NCBI GenBank assembly: GCA_002245135.1
Contig: NGBS01000587.1
Location: 186,001 to 250,000, forward strand
Source: Proteromonas lacertae
Lineage: Eukaryota
Length of the DNA stretch: 64,000 nt
Direction: 5' to 3'
Each line of letters opens with the position of its first letter. Positions within the stretch are counted from its first letter, which is position 1. Under the pieces are notes generated by a model. The model had not been told where the DNA came from and searched no databases. It saw nothing but the letters and a program-made list of their open reading frames with translations. The position numbers were made by a program, and so were the translations under genes. This document shows positions 26,354 through 39,500 of the stretch, in pieces.

Positions 26354-28437
26354 ATGATTAATATAAAATGTGAAAATGTATTAGATAGTGACTATGAAGT
26401 ATAAATTGATGATAATATAATGAAAATAGGTTTTAGAAGAAAAAGATAGTGTGAAATGTTTATTAATGGTAGTTAAAAATAAAGAGAATGATGTTAGAGA
26501 GTTTATGAAGGTGATAAACACTTCCAAATTGAATGAAGATGTAGCGAAGAGTGTTTTTAGTAAGATTGAGAGAGTGAATAATGAAAAACATGAAAATCTG
26601 ATGAAATACCATAAATTGATGTTGATTGAAGATAAATTCTATCGATTAATGCCTTATATAAGAATAAACTTAGGAGAGATAAATCCTTTGAAATATTTCG
26701 AAGAAATTGGTACATATGCTGTATTATGTGGAATATGTAATGGTTTAAAGAGTTTACATATGTTGAATATGTCACATGGTGATTTAAAACCTTCTAATGT
26801 CTTTTTAGATAAAGAGAATGAAGTGATATTGAGTGATTATTTAAACAATGAATTATTCAAAGAAAATGAGAATAAGAAAGGAATAAAAGAGTGTGATGAT
26901 ATATGTTTTATTAGTTATGAAGAAATAGTTGGTGATGAAGTGAGTAAAGAAAGTGATATTTGGAGTTTTGGTTGTATATTTTATTATGTGATAAGTGGTA
27001 AATTAATATTCAAAGATAAAACACCATTAGAAACCATGAAGAATATTGAAGAATGTAAATATGAAAGATTGGAACATGAATTTGAAAAAGAATTGAATGG
27101 TTTATTAAATAAGATGATAGTGAAAGAAAAGAATAATCGAATATCAATTGATGAAATATTGAATGAATTAAAGATAATAAATGAAGTAAAATATTTACCT
27201 GAAGTAGTTGAAATGAAAGAAGAAGAAGAAATAGAAGGATTAGATGAAAGAATTAGTATAAATATGATATTAATATGAAATTAATAGAAGAAAGAATAGA
27301 TAATGCTTTAAATAAGATGATAAATGATAAATCAACAAAATTGTATTTATACTATAGATGTATTATTGTTATTATTTATTTGAATAGTTCAAGAATTAAA
27401 AGAAGTCGGTGCATTATATTTGAGTAGAAAATTAAAATTATATCCATTTATTACAGTTATTGACTTAATAAGTATTTATATTGTTATTTATAATGATAGT
27501 CAATTATATTGGTGATAATGGTTTTAATCATATTTGTAAATCATTCAAATATCTTCCTGAATTGAAAGAATTATATATTGGTGATAATGATATTACTTCA
27601 AATGGAATGAAATATTTTGTAGAAAATATTAAATTCATTCCAAAATTAGAGAAATTGAATTTAGGAGGTATTTTTGTTTTGTTTTATATAATAATATAGA
27701 TAATAACATAAGAAAAGAAGGAATGGAAATATTAAGTAAAAGTTTACATTTACTTCCAAGCATGAAAAAGTTGAATTTTTATTGTATTATTACTTTAATA
27801 TGATAATGAATAGAATGTAAAATTGGTGATGATGGTTTTAAAATCTTCTTTTCTCATTTGAAAGATATTCCAAATTTAGAATATTTAAGTTTGGAGTGTA
27901 TTTTATTTTATTCTATATTATAATAGATAATAATTTAACAGATGAAAGTGTAAAAGTATTTTGTGATAATATTCAATATATCACAAAATTAGAAAAATTG
28001 GATATAGGATGTATTTTTAGATTTGTTTTATATAATAATATAGGTAATAAAATAGGAAAAAAAGGAATGGAAATGCTAAGTGAGATTTTACATTTACTTC
28101 CAAACATGAAATGGTTGAGTTTTTTTGGTATTATTACTTGAATATTGCAATGAATAGGTTGTTTCATTGGTGATGATGGTTTTAAAATCTTCTTATCTCA
28201 TTTGAAAGATATTCCTAATTTAGAATATTTAAATGTTAGTGGTATTTTATTCTATTCTATATTATAATAGTTAATATTTTAACAGATGAAAGTGTAAAAG
28301 TATTTTGTGATAATATTCAATATATCACAAAATTAAAAGAATTGGATTTAAGGAGAAACAATTTCACAAATAAAGAAGAAATCAAAAGAATAATCACAGA
28401 AAATCATCCAAACAAAAAATTGAATGTTGTGTTTTAA
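26354..28437 (+). CDS. Protein kinase-like + RNI-type LRR protein, mostly one LRR per exon
   Basis: HGDLKPSN, SDY, DIWSFG, followed by ~84-nt LRR exons separated by ~30-nt phase-1 introns; TAA at 28435-28437. Confidence 0.85.
27668..28350 (+). repeat. Intragenic tandem duplication (~343 bp x2) of three LRR exons with their introns
   Basis: Near-identical blocks, e.g. gatgatggttttaaaatcttc at ~27828 and ~28172, and acagatgaaagtgtaaaagtattttgtgataatattc at ~27938 and ~28282. Confidence 0.9.
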
Positions 28438-28656
28438 ATAACCTTTATTATTATTATTATTACTCAATCATTCACATCTTTTACTATAGAATTTAATTCA
28501 AAACCATTTATTCTCATTTCATTCAAATTCTTCTTTTCACCATTTAAATTTTATAAATATTTACTTCCACAAGTATAATACACATTTTTATCTAAATAGG
28601 GAATTGATTTTGTTTATTTCTCCTTCATTATCAAATTGAAAAAGAGTATTTGCCAG

Positions 28657-29594
28657 ACAAAACATTGAATTAACTGCTGATCGATATGTTCCATTTGTAC
28701 AAACTTTGGGAACATAAGTACCAAAATCTAAACAAGAATGACCAGCTGGACATGGATAACAATAAGAAGCACCAAATCCTAAAGCATAAGTACCAGGTAA
28801 ACACATTTGAGGAATTATTCGGCCACTTTCATTATTATAATGACCAAAGTGAGATTGAATTGGAACAGCTGTACCTGCAGGACAATAATGTCCAGCATAA
28901 CAATAATCACTACCTTCACTTCGATTTGTACCACTTTCACAATAGGTTCCTTCTAAACATTCTTGAGGATATAAATGACCTTCAGGATGCATTGGAACCC
29001 AAGGAACTACTCTTTCATTTGTCATTACTCCTCCTAAACAGAATGTACCAGGATTACATTCATGTGGTTGTAATACATTTATACTTAATCTATCAAACAA
29101 ATCTTTCATTTCTTCTTTTGCATCAGAATGTAATAAATCTAATCTTTCTTCGATCTCTTTTCTAACTTCTTCTAACTTCTTCTTCACTTTCTGCAACATC
29201 ATATAATGCAGTTCCATTCAAACAGTAATAACCAGCTTTACACATCAATACAGCTTCACTTACACCATTTTCTATACATACTCGACCAGCTGGACATATC
29301 CAAGGAACTTCCATTCCATATAATGGACACCATGTACCTCTTGGACATAATTTACATGTTGTTTGACCTTTCTTATCATTGTATGTTCCAGGATAACATT
29401 TTGTTGAAGAAGTTGAACCAGGTTGACAATAATGACCTTTTTCACATTTAATTGTGTGTGTTCTATTTGGACAGTAATGACCACTTAAACAAGGAGAAGT
29501 TCCTTCAGCTGTCATTGATCCAATTGGACAATAGAATCCAGGTGAACATGGTTGAGGAGTGTTAAAATCATTCTTAACTGATAAATTGGTTGAT
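28657..29594 (-). pseudogene. Near-identical partial duplicate of the GCC2/GCC3 region of the giant gene (35664-36602)
   Basis: Direct copy with about five substitutions and different single-base insertions. No in-frame start upstream of the copied segment; runs into unrelated sequence at both ends. Confidence 0.8.
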
Positions 29595-29875
29595 ATATCT
29601 TTTATATTACTATTTGTTTGTATTCACCACTTTCATTCCTAATAAATATCTAATCAATCCATTCTATATTTAAATATTTCATTCTCATCATATTATTAGA
29701 AAATTACTTTGTCATAATGAAATAAATAGATTTTTAATATTCATTAGGCTTGATGATTGTTTGATTTGAATGAGGTTTGAGAAATATTTTCTTTTTTAAA
29801 AATCTCTTCAAATAGAAAGCATTTACTTATATGAATACATTTTAAACAAATATGAAAAACATTAGATGAGATTAT

Positions 29876-30199
29876 TTAATTTTGATTTGAAACAAATAAC
29901 AACTTGTTTTTATTAATTAACACAGTATATGGATATAATGGTGAAGGTAAATCTTTAACAAGTAAAACAGGAGATGAATTATTATGTTTAATCCACCATT
30001 CTCTTTTATTCATATTAACAATTACTTCATAAATTGAACCATCTCCATGATTATTGAAATTTGGATTTGAAGCAACAACTCTTACAATGTTACAGACACA
30101 ATTTTGGCTAGTACCACCAGATGCAAAATAATTACATGTGGATTGATGATATATATAATTACTAGAATATGTATTATCAATTGATAATCCTATCATCAT
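29876..30199 (-). pseudogene. B30.2/SPRY-like domain fragment (C-terminal half)
   Basis: MIGLS...GDGSIYEVIVNMNKREWWIKHN....LPSPLYPY matches the SPRY beta-sandwich pattern. No clear upstream exon. Confidence 0.5.
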
Positions 30200-30536
30200 A
30201 CTAATTATTAATTTTGGAATAATTATTGATAATCAAATCAGTTACATCGAATATATCAAGAATGAAATATGATAGAAATTAATGAATATATGAAACGAAT
30301 AAAGTGAGCATGAATGTAATGAAATAATAGAAAAAGGAATGCTCAAAGTATTTGTTTAGTTTAAATCATGTATTTGTTTATGTAGAATGAATATGATATA
30401 AAACACATCTTCTCCATATAGTCTTTTTAAACTGTTTCTTATGTTAATAGAATATATCAATACCAAATAAACAATTCATATTTTACATTTTAAATAATAC
30501 ATATATAAGTAAGAAGAAACAAAATTTAAATCACAC

Positions 30537-33500
30537 TCACTTTCGAGGAGGTGGTGGTGGTGGATTTGGACTTTCACTTTCTTTTTTCATCTTCTTTTCT
30601 TTCTTTTCTTTATTAGCTTTTAATTCATCTTCATGATCATTTTCCCATTTTAACTTCTTTTTATCATAATCTACACCTCTCTCAATTAAACGATCTCGAG
30701 CTTTATTTAACCACATTAACATTATTTCTTTAGAGGCAGCTTTCAATGTCACTGGACGATTCATCCAACTCACTTTCTCTTCTTCTATCTTATTTAATCT
30801 CTCTTCTTCACTACTACTTAATAAATAATCTTTCATTAACATCTTCTTTTCTTCACTCTTTCGCTTCTTCATTATTACACTCTTTCGAGCTTTACTCAAC
30901 CATAATCGACAAATTGCTCGACTTGCACTACTCAAATTTATATCACTGTAATATTTACCACTTTTCTTTAACTCCATTATTCGTTTCTCTTCTCGTTCTT
31001 TCATCATTTTTAATCGATTTTCTTCTTTTTCTACTATTCGATTTAATAAACGATTCTTCTTCTTTTCACTGTGTAATCCTTTTGACATACAATAATAACA
31101 GTAAGTGTGGAAATCTTCATGACTATTGAAATAATCATTCCAACTATCAACATCAAATTCTTTCATATTTGGATGTAAATCTTCAAATTCATCAGCTAAA
31201 TCTTCTAAAGGAAAATCGAAATCTACTCTCAAACATACTTTGCCATGACAAATCTCACAATAATCTCGACGATTTCTTTCAATTACACCCATCGCAAAGT
31301 TTCTTAATCGATTGTTTCGTCGAGCTCGACTTAACCATAATCGAGCTATTATTCGAGTTACTGGTTTTACCATTATTGAACCATATTTATTGAAATAATC
31401 TTCATCATCATCTATCATATTATTATTATTATCAAACATATTCAAATTCTCCAAACTTTGTTTACTTAAATAAGGTTTTAGTTTTTCTACTGATTCGGAT
31501 GTTAAAATTTCATTTAAATGTTCGATTATCCAACTTTTATTATAATTCAAAAATTTATATCGGAATGTATCATTGTTTATCATTTGTTTATAATAATCAC
31601 TTTCAAATATTGGATCTCTTGAACCTATTATTGATTCCCATCGAGGTAGTTTCTCTTCTTCTTTCTCATCTTTTCCTAATCGTAATTTTATATGTTTCAT
31701 TCCCCAGAATCTAAAACAGTACAGTATAAATGTAAATATCTCCTTCAATATCCATAACACTATTAATAATGATAATATTATCATTATAAAACTACTATCA
31801 TTGAATGGATTATATTTTCGACGAATTATCATTTCTATGCCAAATACACTAAATAGTAATGATAAACTATGTAATGAACTAACAAAGTAATATTCACTAC
31901 TAAAACACATATGATCTAATTCTCTTAAATCACCATCTATACAATCATCACTACTATCATCATATAATATCCAATTATTCTTTCGACTGTTAAATCTAAA
32001 TCGACTGTATATCAAATAATCACTTATCTTCCATTCATTTAATAATTCATGAATTGAGATTATAAATGCTTCACCAAATAATTCAAATAACATTAATATC
32101 AATAAAAAACATTCATAATACTCAATATTGTGTTTTTTAATATCATATAATATAGGTAATTCAATATCTTCACGGAATAACCAAAACATTAAGATTACTA
32201 CTGGACATAGAATATAAGATTCGATATTGATGGTTGAACTCCAAATTGCTTCAATTATTGATTCACTTCCTTTGGGAATATTTAAATCATCATCTGGATC
32301 ATAATTTGCTGATAATAATAATAAATCATTAGCTTCTTCTTTATTTCGACTTCTTAAACCTAATTTGATTCGAATCCATCTATTACACTTTCTATACCAT
32401 CTTCGACTATAATAACTCAACCATTTTATTAATGGATCATAGAATATTCTTTCGAATAATCTCATTGATTGTACTATTCCAACATAACAAATTATAAAGT
32501 CTTTGAAATTATTTGCACTTAAACAAACAATCAATTCAACTAAATTGATTAAAGTTCTTATTCCACTTATGTATAAATTCTCAAACATTAACCATCTTAA
32601 GAAGTAATTGAATAATACATCAAATACACATAACAATAATACACTTACATAGATATATCGACCAATATTATTCCATAATGTTAATTCTATTATAAATACA
32701 CATATCACTACAGCAATCATTGAAACTACAAAGATATGAATTCTTTTCCAAAATGTTGGAACAAAATTGGTGATTGAACCTAACATTCGATTTTTACTAT
32801 TATGTATTTCAGTTTCACTTTTACTCACTTTTGTTGGAACATACATTTTACAACAGATATATAACACAAATGAACACATAAACAATAATCCAACACCTAA
32901 TCTTCCAGATCGATAGAAATCAATATTTCTCCAATCAATATTTCGATCAATATATTTATGATAGATATTATCTAATAACCAGTATTTATCTAATTCATTT
33001 TCATCCCAATTGTAGTATCTTCCACCAGCTATCATTATTGATACTCCACAAGTTAATAAACCAATTATTATCATTGAACTAATTATACCAGGTAATGATG
33101 AAGTTATAAATAATCCAAATATTCGCCAATAATGTAATCTATACCAATCTAATAAGGTACAAATTCGAGATAATATCCATAACACAAATATACATAAGAA
33201 TACAATAAAACATAATAAGAAATATAAACCAATATTTGCACCTCTTGAAAAGGCAAAATTGTTTATTAATCCAATGTAATCTAATGGTTCATAATTCACT
33301 GTTAACGAATAATCACTTCGATTATAATCTTTATCAATCAATTCATAGGTTATAAAAGCATCACTGATTCTCTTCTTTCTTTCATCGACTTGATAATATT
33401 CGATATTTAAGGAGATTTGTCTTGGATAACATGAAGTTGTACAATGTTTTACTAAAAATGATTCATCTGTTTTACGATTTACTTTTACTGGAATTAACGA

Positions 33501-36500
33501 TTTTTCTTCATTATCATTCTCATCTAATTTTTCATGAATAAATTTACCACCTAATTTCAACTCATCATAACTGATTGGATCTTCATATATGTAGAACAAA
33601 ACTGTATCTTCTTCAGCTTCAAACCATCTTGGTAATATTTCTGGATGTTCTAATTCTTCTTCATAAGCACAATTTAATCCTATTTCACACCAATCAGCAT
33701 TTGCTTCATCAAAGAAATCTAATGGACCAACTGTTTTAATATCATCATATTCTAATAATGCTGAATATTTTCTTCTATCCCAATCTTTAGCTTTATCACT
33801 TGAAATTTTTGGTAATGAACAGAAATCATTTTCAAATATCTCTGAGAGTGTAATATATCGATCAAAATAACTACATCGACTGAAATAAGGTAAATAAGGT
33901 AATGTATAAATTGGATTTCGATTATAAGAGGCATTTCCATTCTTATCGATCACTAAATCATCAAAGATTTCTCGATATTTTCTCTTATATTCTAATGGAT
34001 GATCTTTCGATGGATAGAAGAATTCAAATGGAGTTTCTAAATCATTCAATCTTTCATGATATATTGTTACATTCTTATTCTCTGGGTTTACACTATAACC
34101 ACTCAATACTCTGCCTCTTTCAGTTTCATTGTATCTCGGAGGTAAATTGATTGGAGAATGAATTGAATTGTATATGGATTTATCTAATACTGCCACATGT
34201 TGATAGATTTGAGGAACTGATTTATTTTCAAAGGAGATTGGATATGATAATATTCTTTGAGGTAATTTTGATGGATTTAAAGCAGTCATCATATAAGCAT
34301 GATTTGGTCTATGAATCTTTACTTTTGTTGTGTTGTAGAAGAAATTACTTACTGGTAAATAGATTCCATTGATTATCTCGATTTCTACTCGGAATATTAC
34401 ATCTTCTAATGCATATAAGGTTATATTTGTTACTTGATTTACATTCGTATTATCTAACCAGTCACTTAGTTTTATTGGTTTTCGACAAGGAGATTGAGTT
34501 ATTTCAGAAAATTCATAATCAGCTTTAGATGACTGAATCTTTGTTGGATAACCTTGATCATTAAATACACAGAATTCTTGTTCACATAGTGATTGATGGA
34601 CATAAATACCTATTCGATAATCATCATGATATTTAACAGCATCAGGAATATGACGGAAATCAAAACTAATATAAGCACTTTCCATTGCTTCTAAACTAAA
34701 CCAACCTAATTCTTCATCTAATATTTCTTCTTCTTCATGACTTTTACCTATTAAACAGTTATTTAATTCTTTTTCATTCATTTCTTTACCATATTTTAAG
34801 GTTATTGGATTACTCCAAGTATTATTATTCTTCACATATACATCCACTGTTTCTACATTGTTATATAATTCATTTTGATAAGGAATTTCACATCGAACTC
34901 TTGTCGAATTTATATATAAGCCATTTGATACTTTCTCTACTATTATATCTTTATTCTTTAATACTACTTTACAACTTAATGTACCTATACTTAAGAAATG
35001 TCTTCCTATTATTGTTACTAAACTTGATCTATCAGATCTTATCACATTTGGACAAGCTCTGACTGTTGTTACTGTATCATTTATCCACACATTATCACTA
35101 TCAGTGTAATTCACTGGAATTATTCGTTTTAATATTGGAATACTTTTTGTTGATGTTTTATTTATACCTAATTCATTGTATTTATATCCACTTTCTATAT
35201 AATACATTCCATCTCTCTTCTCACAAGTATCAACTTCTTTTATTATACATTCTTCTACTTTGCCTGCACCTATCTTACTTGTCATTCCATCTGGACATTT
35301 ACCTTCTCGAGGATTCTTATTTGTTGTACCATATGGACAGAAATAATCGGGTCTACAACTTCTGATTCTGGGTAATATTAAAGGAGTTCCTCTTGGACAA
35401 TATCTACCAATTGGACACATATTATCATATTGAGTTGAATCTGTGCTTGCTTTACCACAAGCATAACCAGCTGGACATAAATGAGTTGTTGTACTTTCAT
35501 TATTTGTTCCTACACCACATATATAACCATTTTGACATGGTGGAGCATTAGAGATATTTACAGTTTGAGAGAATCGACAATAATGACCTTCTTGACATGG
35601 ATAACAGAATGATATATCGGTATTACCTGTATAGTCACTAAATGTACCAACTGGACATGGTCTACAAAACATTGAATTAACTGCTGATCGATATGTTCCA
35701 TTTGTACAAACTTTGGGAACATAAGTACCAAAATCTAAACAAGAATGACCAGCTGGACATGGATAACAATAAGAAGCACCAAATCCTAAAGCATAAGTAC
35801 CAGGTAAACACATTTGAGGAATTATTCGACCACTTTCATTATTATAATGACCAAAGTGAGATTGAATTGGAACAGCTGTACCTGCAGGACAATAATGTCC
35901 AGCATAACAATAATCACTACCTTCACTTCGATTTGTACCACTTTCACAATAGGTTCCTTCTAAACATTCTTGAGGATATAAATGACCTTCAGGATGCATT
36001 GGAACCCAAGGAACTACTCTTTCATTTGTCATTACTCCTCCTAAACAGAATGTACCAGGATTACATTCATGTGGTTGTAATACATTTATACTTAATCTAT
36101 CAAACAAATCTTTCATTTCTTCTTTTGCATCAGAATGTAATAAATCTAATCTTTCTTCGATCTCTTTTCTAACTTCTTCTACTTCTTCTTCACTTTCTGC
36201 AACATCATATAATGCAGTTCCATTCAAACAGTAATAACCAGCTTTACACATTCAATACAGCTTCACTCACACCATTTTCTATACATACTCGACCAGCTGG
36301 ACATATCCAAGGAACTTCCATTCCATATAATGGACACCATGTACCTCTTGGACATAATTTACATGTTGTTTGACCTTTCTTATCATTGTATGTTCCAGGA
36401 TAACATTTTGTTTGCAGAAGTTGAACCAGGTTGACAATAATGACCTTTTTCACATTTAATTGTGTGTGTTCTATTTGGACAATAATGACCACTTAAACAA

Positions 36501-39500
36501 GGAGAAGTTCCTTCAGCTGTCATTGATCCAATTGGACAATAGAATCCAGGTGAACATGGTTGAGGAGTGTTAAAATCATTCTTAACTGATATATTGGTTG
36601 ATGTACCTTCTAAACAATAATGATACTTTGGACAAGGTAATGGTTTTTCAGGATATGTTACAGTGTAATAATCAGGAATATACATATAATATGGTTGGAA
36701 ATTATCCGATTTTTCATTCTTTTCTACTTCATCTTTATAAGTTTCATTATATTCCCATACAAAACTGAGATTAAAATCACTAAAATCTAATACTTTTGTA
36801 CCTTCTAAACAATAATGTCCTTTTGGACATAATGTTACTGGGTTTACTAGCCTTAATCTATCACATACAAAACCTGCAGGGCAAATGATTGGCATTCTCA
36901 TTCCTTTATCTGGACAATAATAACCTAATGGACATGGTTCACAGAAATATTCTTTTTCTCTTGAAGCGAAATAACCAGCTGGACATAATGTGAAATTACG
37001 ATTCACTCTATTAAATCTATTCTCTTTTTCATCTATTAATGAAATATTTCTAGATTTAAAAACATAATCACTTAACTTTGGACTATAATCGAAATTAGAA
37101 TCACTTGTAAATCTTGCATCTATTCCACAATAACTACCTCTTGGACATTTATAAATATCTCTTCCAGGACAATAATAACCATATGGACATGGCTGGATAT
37201 ATCTAAACATTAAATCAGACTTAGTATATTCTTGTGCATTTATTGATACAGCTACAGAAACATCACCTGTTGTATTATATATGAAATCTCTATGTTGTGG
37301 AACTCTACAAATCATTAATTTTTCACTTATATAATATCCTCTTACTACTGTTCTGTCAATCATACATCTTAATAAAGTTGTATTAACAAAATTATATCCT
37401 CTAATATATAATGGATATTGACCTTCAATTAAACCATATTTTGGTTTTAAATCATATATTATAACATTCTTATAATATCTGAAATAGAATTGTGTATATG
37501 TAAATATTATACCATCAAATGATACTGTAATATTATATAAACCATCTAAATTAGATGGAGTTTTACATGTTATATATGTTCCATTAATAAATCTCAATGG
37601 ACTTTCAAATAAACCAATTCTACATTTACCATAAGAAGTATCATAGAAATTCTCACCAACAATATGCAATATTGTACCACCTTCCATTACACCTATTAAT
37701 GGATTTATTGACTTATAAACTATATCAGGTAATACAGTGATTTGTAATACACCATCTTCACGACTTGTATTGAAAAATGAAACATCTAATTTATAATTAC
37801 CTGTTTCTCTTGCTGGTAAAGTACACATTATCATTGTATCACTAAGTAAAGATGTTGGAACTTCTGCTTCATCATATAAACACTTTGGATTTTCTTCTAA
37901 ACTAAAACCTAAACCTCTCACAATTACTTCTACTTCATATTTTGATGGAATTTCACTAGGAGATACACTTCGTAATACAGGTTCATCTAAATAATAATAA
38001 GTAAATCCATAATTAGTATAATCGTAACCATTCAAACTAACTTCAACAAATACAGAACCTGGAGCTCTAACATGAGGTGGAACTTTACATTCAATTTGAG
38101 AGGGCGAATAATAAACAGGACGAACTGTAAAATCTCCAAATAAACATATCATTGATTCAGCAAAGTTTGAACCATAAATAGTAACCATATTACCACCACT
38201 AGTTGGACCTGTTGTTGGATTAATTAATGTTATTATTGGTGTTCTATAGAATGTGTATAATCTTTGACTTAATGAGTATTTATAACCATCATTAGTTACT
38301 TCTAAATATACTGTTCCATCAATATGTGGTGGAGAAATACATTCAATTGTTGTACTGTTTAAGAATATTCCATTAACTGCTGATTCACCATTGAAATTAC
38401 ATCTTAATGAATTTGATTCTATGAAATTTGTTCCATAAACGTTTATCACTGTTCCTCCAATTGATGGACCTCTGTTTGGCACTATTTTTCTTACTGTTGG
38501 AACAACTGTTGGAATATTGTAATCTACATTTGCTCCATCTGATATTACATCCAATCTTCTATTATTAGGAGTTATATAACATCTATAAATATTCTTGTAC
38601 AAATATAATGCAGGAATTGTGATATTATCATTCTTACATAAATAATTCTTATTCACATCATAATTACTAATTTCTATATCTTCATACTCTTTATAATCAA
38701 ATATTGGAGTTGTTGTAAGGATTTCTACATCTTTATTATAATTAAAAACAAATTGAGTTGGTATAAAATCCTGTAAATTATTAGTTACTGATATTTCTAC
38801 AGATTCATCAAATGAATATGGTGGAGATATACATAATATTTCAAATTCAGATTTATAGATTGAACCAACTATTTTATCACCAAATAAACACATTGTATTT
38901 ATTGTAAATCTTTCACCTGTTAATGTTATTACTGTATGACCAGAATAAGCACCACTTAATGGAGTTATATCTAATACTAATGGTGGTATATAATATTTGA
39001 AGTCAACATTTGTTGATATATATTCTTTATCATTTATTGATACGGATAGTGAATATGATTCAGTGTTGTTATATACAGCTGGAGATATACAATCAATTTC
39101 ATTACTACTCTTGAAATAACCATTTGATACTATTACATCATTGAATTTACATCTTATATATTCAGTACTGATGAAGTTTATACCATAAACACTGATTATT
39201 GTATTTCCATGGATTGAACCTGATTTAGGAGTCATTGTTTTAACAACTATTGGTTCAACTATTCTAAATTGTATATAATTACTTATTACAGATTCTTCTG
39301 ATATTAAATAGAAGTTTAATCTTTCTTCATGAGTTGTTTCTGGACTATAACAAATACCATGTTGACTATCAATGTAGATAATATTTCCCATTTTGTATTT
39401 ACCAAAGCAACAAACAGCTGATAATGGTAAATAATCTACATAAACATCAATCTCCACATTTCCATTTGTACTAGCTAAATTAGGATAGACTTTATTAATT

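Noticed and set aside
28686..29165. Near-identical 159-aa plus-strand ORFs here and at 35693-36172
   Set aside because: Antisense to the Cys-repeat coding region; they recur only because of the duplication.
28657..29594. Transposon or LTR explanation for the 0.94-kb direct repeat pair
   Set aside because: The repeat is internal coding sequence of the giant gene. No transposase/RT, terminal inverted repeats or target-site duplication is visible.
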